From an uncultured Veillonella sp. (lineage in GTDB: Bacteria; Bacillota; Negativicutes; Veillonellales; Veillonellaceae): a stretch of DNA of 34,742 nt. Below the pieces are notes generated by a model, which worked only from the letters and a program-made list of their open reading frames with translations, was not told the DNA's origin and did no database searches. The stretch spans positions 1 through 34,742 of the forward strand of contig CAUQUX010000001.1 in the NCBI GenBank assembly GCA_963521235.1, in the 5' to 3' direction. Shown one piece after another: positions 26,128 to 33,115 of the stretch; within the stretch, counting starts at the first letter, position 1, and every line of letters starts with the position of its first letter. Made by a program: the position numbers and the translations under genes.

Positions 26128-27015
26128 TTATTTGTTAAATAAGGGATCCATATATTCCCCTGTTTCAGTATTTACAGTAACACCATCATCCATTGTGATT
26201 ACAGTATGTGGCTCATCCTGGTGGATTACCATGCCATCTGCATCGATGGTATCCCCATCAAATTCTGCTTCAAGTGTTCCATCATCTTTAATGGTCATTT
26301 TGCCACCATCATTCGTGATGGCATCTACCATTTGCTGTCCTTGCATTTCGATAGATAAAATACCATATTTACTAATTAACCGTTTGAGTACTGTTTTAAT
26401 AGCCATGCTGTGAAAGTCAGTTAAGCCCCATTTTTCAGTACCACCTTTATAGTTCTTGCTGAACTTCCTAGCATGGGCTTGCATTTCCTCAATGCTCATG
26501 TAAAGGTATTTCTCGAATCCGTTTACTAGCTTGAAGTAGGCAATGTAACCTACGATTTTATCGGAGGTTTTCTCACCAAACTCATACTCGCCTGTAAAGC
26601 GGTTTTGTTTGATGATTTCTCCTTCATATACCTCAGCTGCGTTGATGGTCTGGTATTGACCAGTCCGCATAGCCAACTGAATGTATCCTTTATAGCCCAT
26701 TTGAAACTGCGCTTCATTTCCGTAAGGAATGATATAAGCAAAGCCTAAATTCTGATTAATTGGTAGGTCTAGCGACGCCGCCATCGCACCAGCTGCAATG
26801 ACTGTCTTCGGGTTCGCTTTTGCGAGCAATTTATTGTTATTAACTACCGATAATAGACTTGAGATAAACCCTGGCGCTTTCTTTCCTAGTAATTCCTCAA
26901 ATCGTGCTTTCACACTTTCTTGAGATACTAAACTTTGGATAGTTACCGCCTTTTGTGATTCTGCCGTCTGTACGGCTCCTTTCTTGATGCTTAACCCCTG
27001 TGATACGCTTGCCAT
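26128..27015 (-). CDS. recT: RecT-family single-strand annealing protein
   Basis: LGFAYIIPY...AQFQMGYKGYIQLAMRTGQY; MAIKTVLK. Confidence 0.93.
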   Translation of the reverse strand: MASVSQGLSIKKGAVQTAESQKAVTIQSLVSQESVKARFEELLGKKAPGFISSLLSVVNNNKLLAKANPKTVIAAGAMAASLDLPINQNLGFAYIIPYGNEAQFQMGYKGYIQLAMRTGQYQTINAAEVYEGEIIKQNRFTGEYEFGEKTSDKIVGYIAYFKLVNGFEKYLYMSIEEMQAHARKFSKNYKGGTEKWGLTDFHSMAIKTVLKRLISKYGILSIEMQGQQMVDAITNDGGKMTIKDDGTLEAEFDGDTIDADGMVIHQDEPHTVITMDDGVTVNTETGEYMDPLFNK

Positions 27016-27029
27016 GTTGTAATTCCTCC

Positions 27030-27962
27030 TTATTTAATACTAAATGTTGAGCGAGTATCCTCGCCTTTTACTAAATATTGTTTATGTAATTCTGGATGAT
27101 CCGCTTGAAACTGTTTTGTATTGAAGCGGGTTGACCCTTTACGCATTTTCCAAGTAACCTTGAACCCGCCAACAGTTCCTACCTCATTTTCTCCAAGCAA
27201 GGATTTCAGGATATTTTCAGCTTCATCCTTAGCCTCTGTGGCTTCTTTAATCTTTGCCTTTGCGGTGTTGTATTGGTTAATGTAATTCACCGCCACATCA
27301 TCAAGTTCTATTGTCTGTTCGTTGGATTTTCCGTACATCATCTTGAGTGCTTCGGAGCTTGATTCGCTACCAGTAACAGCAGGCACTGTAGCGCTTTCAA
27401 CCATATCCCAAAACACTTTACCCTCTCGGATGATAGCCTCGATGACTTCCTCATTTCTTGGGATTTCCTTGTATATAAAGGTGTTGCCACCAAGTAAGCA
27501 AGCAATCCACCAAGATGACTTGCCTGTAACTGCCATATAGTGCTGACATTGGATGTAATAGGATGTAGGAACCTCATCCCCTTCCCATTCATCTCGCTTG
27601 AATGCGTTGGCGGTCTTACATTCTAATCCCGCATCCACGCTTACAATCTCACGATCAATGTTGGCCAATAAGTACGGGTGCTCGATTGATTGTAATGTAT
27701 AGTTATTGTTTCTAACTTTCCACCCTGTACGTTTTGCGAACTCCTGAGCGACCACTTCCTCAAGTACGTTTCCCCAATACATTGGTTCATTTTCCTCGAC
27801 TGGTGGTAATTCCCCACGTTTGTCTAACCAAACACTCACCGCATCACGGTATTTGTTAAAGCCTAGAATCGCTGCCATATCGCTACCGCCAATGCCTTGT
27901 TTACGAGCCTCTAACCACTCATCATGAGTGGCATTTTTGCCGTTAAAGATTTTCCTGTACAT
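27030..27962 (-). CDS. YqaJ-like (lambda-exonuclease family) recombination nuclease
   Basis: R..GIGGSD, WG..LE, ANIDR, LECKT, Y.IQCQHYM. Confidence 0.95.
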   Translation of the reverse strand: MYRKIFNGKNATHDEWLEARKQGIGGSDMAAILGFNKYRDAVSVWLDKRGELPPVEENEPMYWGNVLEEVVAQEFAKRTGWKVRNNNYTLQSIEHPYLLANIDREIVSVDAGLECKTANAFKRDEWEGDEVPTSYYIQCQHYMAVTGKSSWWIACLLGGNTFIYKEIPRNEEVIEAIIREGKVFWDMVESATVPAVTGSESSSEALKMMYGKSNEQTIELDDVAVNYINQYNTAKAKIKEATEAKDEAENILKSLLGENEVGTVGGFKVTWKMRKGSTRFNTKQFQADHPELHKQYLVKGEDTRSTFSIK

Positions 27963-27965
27963 GTT

Positions 27966-28163
27966 TTAGTGAACCTCCTCAATTTCATCAATTTCTGCCT
28001 TGATGATATAGGGAATGTCACTCCCTAGGATAAACTCCGCATAATCGCTATCATCAAAATTATCAGCCACATCATCAGGGTCTTGCCCTTCATCGAGGGG
28101 GATTGTAATATCAATGGGTACCATTGCGTACCCCCTCATTCGATATGTTTTACCACAATTCAT
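27966..28163 (-). CDS. Small acidic hypothetical protein
   Basis: RBS AAAGGA; 65 aa; D/E-rich. Confidence 0.7.
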   Translation of the reverse strand: MNCGKTYRMRGYAMVPIDITIPLDEGQDPDDVADNFDDSDYAEFILGSDIPYIIKAEIDEIEEVH

Positions 28164-28214
28164 AGCTTTTCCTTTCTATATCCAACGTACAGCCACTTTT
28201 CAAATACATCCACA

Positions 28215-28223
28215 TGCTATAAT
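28215..28223 (+). promoter_or_regulatory. Extended -10 promoter of the counter-oriented gene
   Basis: TG-C-TATAAT, followed by RBS AAAGGAGGTG at 28231-28240. Confidence 0.75.
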
Positions 28224-28246
28224 CATTGTGAAAGGAGGTGAATGAT

Positions 28247-28447
28247 TTGAAAAAGATATATGCAAACCTACTCGGAGAATGGATTCAATTAAATGATTCA
28301 AACGCCACTCTTGATAGTCATATTCCTCCAAGTGTATGGCTTGAGGAATGTCTACAAGATGCATTCAAATTCGATTATATAAACGTCCAATATGATAATC
28401 GTAATTACAGAATCCATCCTACTATGTTACAAATTGTTAGCGAGTAG
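28247..28447 (+). CDS. Counter-oriented small protein (moron-like)
   Basis: Own promoter and strong RBS; start probably TTG 28247 (MKKIYANLLGEW...). Confidence 0.78.
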   Translation: MKKIYANLLGEWIQLNDSNATLDSHIPPSVWLEECLQDAFKFDYINVQYDNRNYRIHPTMLQIVSE

Positions 28448-28903
28448 TTTTTTTAACCCAGAAACGTCAGTAAGCATCACCTTGCTGGCGTTTCTTTCAT
28501 ACTCTCTATTTACTTCTATTACTAATGCATCCCATTGATGTTTAGGAATCCCCTGTAACATATCAACTATTTGATGTAAAGTTTGTGTATTATCTTCCAT
28601 ACTTTCTCCTAACTGTGGTATACTATGTGTAGTTATTTTGTTAAGTCCCTCGATGTTAGCGCATTTTTGAGGGGCTCTTTCTTTTAAGTAGAACTTTTGG
28701 CTATCCATATATACGATATAACCACTAGTCACCTGTGATGGTTTCAAGCTTAAAAATTTACAAAACTTCATCAACTCTAGAATTGTTAAGTTTACGGGCT
28801 TTCCATTAACCAACCGACAAAGCCTATCTTTTGGGATTCCAACCAGTCTAGTAATCCTACTTTGCTTGATTCCTCGTTCTTTACAGTATGCTTTTAAATC
28901 CAC
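28427..28903 (-). CDS. XRE-like HTH protein reading in frame into a 57-aa ORF that has its own start at 28600
   Basis: GTG 28903 behind AAGGAG; ERGIKQS.I..LVGI....L.RL.NG HTH; internal AGGAG-N5-ATG at 28600. Confidence 0.7.
   Translation of the reverse strand: MDLKAYCKERGIKQSRITRLVGIPKDRLCRLVNGKPVNLTILELMKFCKFLSLKPSQVTSGYIVYMDSQKFYLKERAPQKCANIEGLNKITTHSIPQLGESMEDNTQTLHQIVDMLQGIPKHQWDALVIEVNREYERNASKVMLTDVSGLKKLLANNL
28616..28685 (+). ncRNA. Putative short antisense RNA unit (promoter plus terminator)
   Basis: TG-G-TATACT at 28616-28624, 10-bp stem 28644-28653/28667-28676, then CTTTCTTTT. Confidence 0.5.
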
Positions 28904-28907
28904 AACG

Positions 28908-29231
28908 TCACTCCTTAATCGCTCTAACCTTGAGCGACATCCCAGGATGAATTGTTCCATCTTGTAATTTGTTAGTAGTCATAATCTCCCTAATCGTTTG
29001 GCGCACATCTTCGGTTTCGCCCACCGCATCTTTTGCGATTGTCCATAAAGTATCGCCGTTTTGAACGATTATCTCACGTTCTTCAAATTCAACCACATTA
29101 CTAGGGAATGTAGCGCTGTATAATCCAACCGCCAGAATAGGAACCATCGCAACCATTGCCACCCTATCCCAATAGATTTTAAAACTCTTCCGTTTCGAGC
29201 ATTTGCTCGATTTTTTTTGTTTTTGCATCAC
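28908..29231 (-). CDS. Membrane-anchored LysM protein (YneA-like architecture)
   Basis: Basic N-terminus, one hydrophobic helix, VQNGDTLWTIA...I...N.L....IHPG..L.V. Confidence 0.82.
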   Translation of the reverse strand: MMQKQKKSSKCSKRKSFKIYWDRVAMVAMVPILAVGLYSATFPSNVVEFEEREIIVQNGDTLWTIAKDAVGETEDVRQTIREIMTTNKLQDGTIHPGMSLKVRAIKE

Positions 29232-29400
29232 TTTGTCCCCACCATTCTTTGAACTTATGGAAATAAATATAATACGTGTACGCCTTGCCGTTCATCTGAA
29301 CCGCATCGCCCCATTCCCATTTGTTGGCACGTAATCCACACCGTACAAATTGGGGGGATACACCCATAATGTCGGCAATGTGTGTAGGTGTTACCTTCAT
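29179..29400 (-). CDS. Small winged-HTH, excisionase-like DNA-binding protein
   Basis: IADIMGVSPQFVR.GL...WG.AV...YTYYI; RBS AAGGAGG. Confidence 0.6.
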   Translation of the reverse strand: MKVTPTHIADIMGVSPQFVRCGLRANKWEWGDAVQMNGKAYTYYIYFHKFKEWWGQSDAKTKKIEQMLETEEF

Positions 29401-29409
29401 ATTGCCTCC

Positions 29410-29529
29410 TTAAAAGAATACCGACTTAACAACTTGCGCCAATACGTAAACAATGAATGCCACCACTGCCAACCACACTAAAAATGTTGTAAGTAAACCT
29501 CCGATTAATTTTGCCAATTCCTTAGCCAT
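29410..29529 (-). CDS. 39-aa membrane peptide (below the ORF-track cutoff)
   Basis: RBS GGAGG; MAKELAKLIGGLLTTFLVWLAVVAFIVYVLAQVVKSVFF; exactly fills the gap. Confidence 0.72.
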   Translation of the reverse strand: MAKELAKLIGGLLTTFLVWLAVVAFIVYVLAQVVKSVFF

Positions 29530-29531
29530 AG

Positions 29532-29801
29532 TTACCTCCCTAACCATAAAACAAATAAACTTATTACTATCAGCCCGACCACAGGCAATAGTGTGATTGT
29601 TGCGCCTATATTTTCTAGGCGTTTATTATGCTTGCGCTCTTCATCTTCTTGAAGGTGCTTGCGCTTGCGATTTTCTTGCTGTTGAATGTAAGCCAGCTGT
29701 TGCTCGACTTTCTTTTCAACTTCTAATTTCTGTTTGTGCTTGGCCATGATGTGGTACGGCTTTTGTTTCCGCACTCTTGCATTCTTATTTCTTCTTGGCA
29801 T
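29532..29801 (-). CDS. Basic coiled-coil protein with C-terminal transmembrane helix
   Basis: MPRRNKNAR start; hydrophobic C-terminus; TAATG coupling. Confidence 0.72.
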   Translation of the reverse strand: MPRRNKNARVRKQKPYHIMAKHKQKLEVEKKVEQQLAYIQQQENRKRKHLQEDEERKHNKRLENIGATITLLPVVGLIVISLFVLWLGR

Positions 29802-30229
29802 TAGACCCCCAGTATTTTACATAATTGATTTAACACGAATAATCCTACCCCTGCACCAAATCCAAGTGTTAATGCCGCATAAGTTAGCTCCAATAATTCC
29901 CCTGCTTTAGCTAACACTTTAATCATTAGAGTTTTCTCTAATTTCTTGTTACGGTGCACTAGTGCCATGTTTTTTTGATGGCTATCAGCAATATTGTGAT
30001 ACTCTTCATACATTTTGTTATACTCCCATATTGGGCGTTGATTTAACAAGAAGTGAAGTGTATTGGCAGATAATAAGTTATCTTCTATTCGTCGAAAAAT
30101 TTCTTCACTCGGATTATCCTTGTACTCATTAATACAAGTTTTTGCTAATTTTAAGAATCCATCTCGCCTATGAAAGATAAATTCTTCTTGCTCTTCGCTA
30201 ATGCTTGCAGCAAATTCTCCTCTATCCAT
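29801..30229 (-). CDS. LTxEQ-family paralogue 5 with C-terminal hydrophobic segment
   Basis: ISEEQEEFI-x10-A motif. Confidence 0.72.
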   Translation of the reverse strand: MDRGEFAASISEEQEEFIFHRRDGFLKLAKTCINEYKDNPSEEIFRRIEDNLLSANTLHFLLNQRPIWEYNKMYEEYHNIADSHQKNMALVHRNKKLEKTLMIKVLAKAGELLELTYAALTLGFGAGVGLFVLNQLCKILGV

Positions 30230-30515
30230 TAATGCGTTCCTCCATCAAAGAAATAAAGCTGTCTCTGTCCTTAATGAACCGACCTCTATCTGACTTTAAC
30301 AAGTCAATAAAAGAATCGCTTATAACGCCTGTCATGCGACTAATCAACTGAGCATCGTAGACTGTGCTGACAAAGTTTAATAGGTCGCATTCTTCATCAT
30401 AATCTACCCATTCATCAAAAAACTCATGGGCTACCTCCACAAATGTGTTCAGCATTTCTTCTAAGTACTCTAATTGCTCTTCTGTGAGCGATTTATAAAA
30501 TTCATTGCTATCCAT
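30222..30515 (-). CDS. LTxEQ-family paralogue 4
   Basis: LTEEQLEYL-x10-A motif; RBS AAGGAG. Confidence 0.75.
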   Translation of the reverse strand: MDSNEFYKSLTEEQLEYLEEMLNTFVEVAHEFFDEWVDYDEECDLLNFVSTVYDAQLISRMTGVISDSFIDLLKSDRGRFIKDRDSFISLMEERING

Positions 30516-30729
30516 AAATTTGCTCCTTAAGCCTTGGGTCTAACTCAAACTGTCCCAATAAATAATACGCAGTTGCTTGGCCCCATGCATCCCAAAACCA
30601 GTCGTAATAATGTGAATGTGGATCAGAGTCCATCTTTGCCAACTGCCTATATTTAAGCGCATTGTCCACGGCTTTCTTATATCTAACCTGCAACTCTTGG
30701 TTTTGCTCACCAGTTAGTTTTATCAGCAT
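30508..30729 (-). CDS. LTxEQ-family paralogue 3
   Basis: LTGEQNQEL-x10-A and AxxYxxLGxF motifs. Confidence 0.75.
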   Translation of the reverse strand: MLIKLTGEQNQELQVRYKKAVDNALKYRQLAKMDSDPHSHYYDWFWDAWGQATAYYLLGQFELDPRLKEQIYG

Positions 30730-30944
30730 CCTAATCCATCCTTTACAAAATCATTTAGTGGGAACCCACCTAGTTCAGCGTATACCCACGCTCTTTCAAG
30801 CTCTTGCTCGTATACGTAATGAGCCTCGCTCTCATCATCGTAGCCTTCTAACCATAAGCCTAGGTTCTTCTCCGCTTCCTTCGCCGACTTATTATGTAAT
30901 TCATATAAATATTGCCTTTGTTGTTGCGTTAATCCTGGTAGCAT
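30723..30944 (-). CDS. LTxEQ-family paralogue 2
   Basis: MLPGLTQQQRQYL-x10-A and AxxYxxLGxF motifs. Confidence 0.78.
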   Translation of the reverse strand: MLPGLTQQQRQYLYELHNKSAKEAEKNLGLWLEGYDDESEAHYVYEQELERAWVYAELGGFPLNDFVKDGLGC

Positions 30945-31359
30945 CCTTCTTCACCTCCTTACATTCTGTACCGATACATAATTTCTAGCCTTAACAACTC
31001 CAGCAACGTATTCACATCGCCTTTTGAAAGCTCTACTCCATCGTCATCCATTCTATCCACGATAGATGTAGATAATTCTTTTAGTTCTTTATATTTCTCC
31101 TTCCAACAGTCACCTTCTGCTGGAGGTTTATCCTCAGCAAGTGCAAACAATCGAGCAGGAGAAATTTTTAAAGCCTTTGCAATAAGCAACCGTTTATCTT
31201 GCTTTGGGTAGTATTTACCATTAATCCAATCAGATATAGTTGACTCCCTAATTCCTGTTAATCTTGAGAGATCTTTTTGAGAGAATCCATACGCATCTAT
31301 CAAAGTTGCTAAATGGCGCCCAAACTCTTTTTTTGTCATCCTTCTTCACCTCCTTACAT
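30942..31359. repeat. 23-bp perfect direct repeat (30942-30964, 31337-31359) bracketing an HTH gene
   Basis: Minus strand ATGTAAGGAGGTGAAGAAGGATG twice. Confidence 0.95.
30959..31339 (-). CDS. XRE-family HTH protein
   Basis: GFSQKDLSRLTGIRESTISDWINGKYYP....IAKALKISP..L. Confidence 0.9.
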   Translation of the reverse strand: MTKKEFGRHLATLIDAYGFSQKDLSRLTGIRESTISDWINGKYYPKQDKRLLIAKALKISPARLFALAEDKPPAEGDCWKEKYKELKELSTSIVDRMDDDGVELSKGDVNTLLELLRLEIMYRYRM

Positions 31360-31362
31360 CTC

Positions 31363-31686
31363 TCAAAGTCTTGCATCTGGGTCAAAGTTCCCTAAAATCA
31401 GATAGGCTCTAGCTTTTGCCAATTCAGCCTTAGCTAATTCAGAATATTCGTCCTTTCTTGTATTTGCATAGTCTTCAAAAAATGATTGTGCAGTATCTAT
31501 GGCCTTGATATGTAATTCTTCAAGGTATTCATTTTGTTCTTCTGTTAACCCTGGTAACATGTTCATTGAAGGGACTATATTTACTTTTTCTTGTAATTCA
31601 TGTAACTTTTCCATTTCTTTAATTGCTTCATCTAATTCTGTTTTATCTACTGAAATAGTGATGGTTACTTTGATTTCTTTGTTCAT
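31363..31686 (-). CDS. LTxEQ-family paralogue 1 with N-terminal extension
   Basis: MLPGLTEEQNEYL-x10-A and AxxYxxLGxF motifs from residue 43. Confidence 0.78.
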   Translation of the reverse strand: MNKEIKVTITISVDKTELDEAIKEMEKLHELQEKVNIVPSMNMLPGLTEEQNEYLEELHIKAIDTAQSFFEDYANTRKDEYSELAKAELAKARAYLILGNFDPDARL

Positions 31687-31784
31687 AAAGCCCCTCCAAA
31701 TTGAATTACCAACACCACAATTAATGATGCAATACTAAATCCTAGTGAAAATCCTAATAAGATATCATCAAATCTATTACCCAC
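31683..31784 (-). CDS. 33-aa membrane peptide (below the ORF-track cutoff)
   Basis: RBS GAGGTG; MGNRFDDILLGFSLGFSIASLIVVLVIQFGGAL; ATGA overlap with the next gene. Confidence 0.65.
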   Translation of the reverse strand: MGNRFDDILLGFSLGFSIASLIVVLVIQFGGAL

Positions 31785-31812
31785 GTTCATCACCTCACTT
31801 CCGTTGTTGTTT

Positions 31813-32037
31813 TTAGCTTACATTAATACGTTTTAATTCGTATTTTTTACCTAAAAAAATATCATCCATTTTTACTTTATAAAAATCAGATAATTTTTTC
31901 AGTAAATCTAATGGAATCCTAGTGCTATCATTTTCATATTTTAATAATGTTTGATAGTGTATTCCTACCGCATTAGAAACGTCATGAGCGCTTAAGTTAT
32001 AATTAACTCTGATTGCTCTTAGCGTAAACTTTGACAT
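31813..32037 (-). CDS. Cro-like HTH repressor
   Basis: TLRAIRVN.NLS...V...VGI..QTL.KYE; divergent from cI; start ATG 32037 behind AAAGGAGG. Confidence 0.88.
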   Translation of the reverse strand: MSKFTLRAIRVNYNLSAHDVSNAVGIHYQTLLKYENDSTRIPLDLLKKLSDFYKVKMDDIFLGKKYELKRINVS

Positions 32038-32070
32038 TACACACTCCTCCTTTCCATATCTCATGCACTA

Positions 32071-32169
32071 ATTATAGTACGAATTAATTCGCATGTCAAC
32101 AATTAATTCTAAATATTTCGTATTTTTTACGCAATTTTTATTTACAAATACGATTTAATACGTTATTAT
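32071..32169. promoter_or_regulatory. Divergent lytic/lysogenic promoters with palindromic operators
   Basis: Leftward TTGACA(32099-32094)-17-TATAAT(32076-32071); rightward TTTACA(32141-32146)-17-TATTAT(32164-32169); 16-bp operators at 32078, 32107 and 32149. Confidence 0.85.
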
Positions 32170-32200
32170 ATAACTATAAGATGCGTAAGGAGGAAATACA

Positions 32201-32620
32201 ATGGCAAGAGGTCGAGGGGAACTAACCCCACATGAATTAGCTCAGATGAAAGTAATATCTGAAAATATAAATAATCTGCTACGTATTAACAAATGTAAGC
32301 AAGTAGATTTATCAAAAGCAACTGGTATCCCACCTAGTACTTTAACAGGATATATCAAAGGAAGATCATTGCCGATTCCTGGAAATATAGAAAAGATTGC
32401 TAATTTCTTTAATGTAAATAAGTCTGAAATCGACCCTCGATTTTCTGATTATTCTATAGAATCTAGCACTTCTACAGAGTATTACATTGACCCAGCAGTC
32501 AACGCCAAAGCAGAATATGCAAGAACACAAGAGGGTATCTTATTAGATGCTGCTAAGGACTTAAGCGATGAAGACTTAGATTATGTGGTTGATTTGGTAA
32601 AACGATTAAGGGGGAAATAA
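32201..32620 (+). CDS. CI/ImmR-like repressor (XRE HTH, no S24 peptidase domain)
   Basis: QVDLSKATGIPPSTLTGYIKG...P....EKIANFFNV.KS.IDPRF; short helical C-terminus. Confidence 0.9.
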   Translation: MARGRGELTPHELAQMKVISENINNLLRINKCKQVDLSKATGIPPSTLTGYIKGRSLPIPGNIEKIANFFNVNKSEIDPRFSDYSIESSTSTEYYIDPAVNAKAEYARTQEGILLDAAKDLSDEDLDYVVDLVKRLRGK

Positions 32621-32622
32621 TC

Positions 32623-32895
32623 ATTTATAACATAACGATCATCTACCACGACTTGCCAAGCTCCATCAATGCTACACTATGCACGAGTGAGGATACAGAT
32701 TGTTACACCATATTAGTTAATAAGAACAAGCCTATTGATGTATTAAGAGAGAGCATCGCCCACGAGGTGTGCCACATCATGGAAGGACATTTTACGCAAG
32801 ACATGCATGCAGGGCTAATAGAATCCCTCTTGCATGGAAATGAAGCTGATTTCAACCATGAAGAAGTGAACTTTTACTATCAGTTCATTGATTGA
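32623..32895 (+). CDS. ImmA/IrrE-like Zn metalloprotease (anti-repressor)
   Basis: YTILVNKN...AHEVCHI..GHF (HExxH); between repressor and integrase; start uncertain (ATT 32623 or TTG 32653). Confidence 0.78.
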   Translation: MYNITIIYHDLPSSINATLCTSEDTDCYTILVNKNKPIDVLRESIAHEVCHIMEGHFTQDMHAGLIESLLHGNEADFNHEEVNFYYQFID

Positions 32896-32979
32896 GTTCT
32901 TTCCAAGATGGAAATAGCTCAATTACTCGAATTTGTTGACCTCAACAAATTAGAAAAAAATCAAGTTCTAAAATCGCAT

Positions 32980-33013
32980 AAAAAATACCTCTCCAGCGCC
33001 AACTGGAGAGGTA
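32980..33013 (-). terminator. Intrinsic terminator hairpin
   Basis: TACCTCTCCAG-6 nt-CTGGAGAGGTA, with 6 U following on the minus strand. Confidence 0.75.
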
Positions 33014-33115
33014 AATTCTGAACATACCTAAAGGGTGGTACATCCACATATATTCAATACATATATTGTACCACTTTTTAGGTGTATTTGCTACACATGA
33101 AAGGTGGTTATTTTT

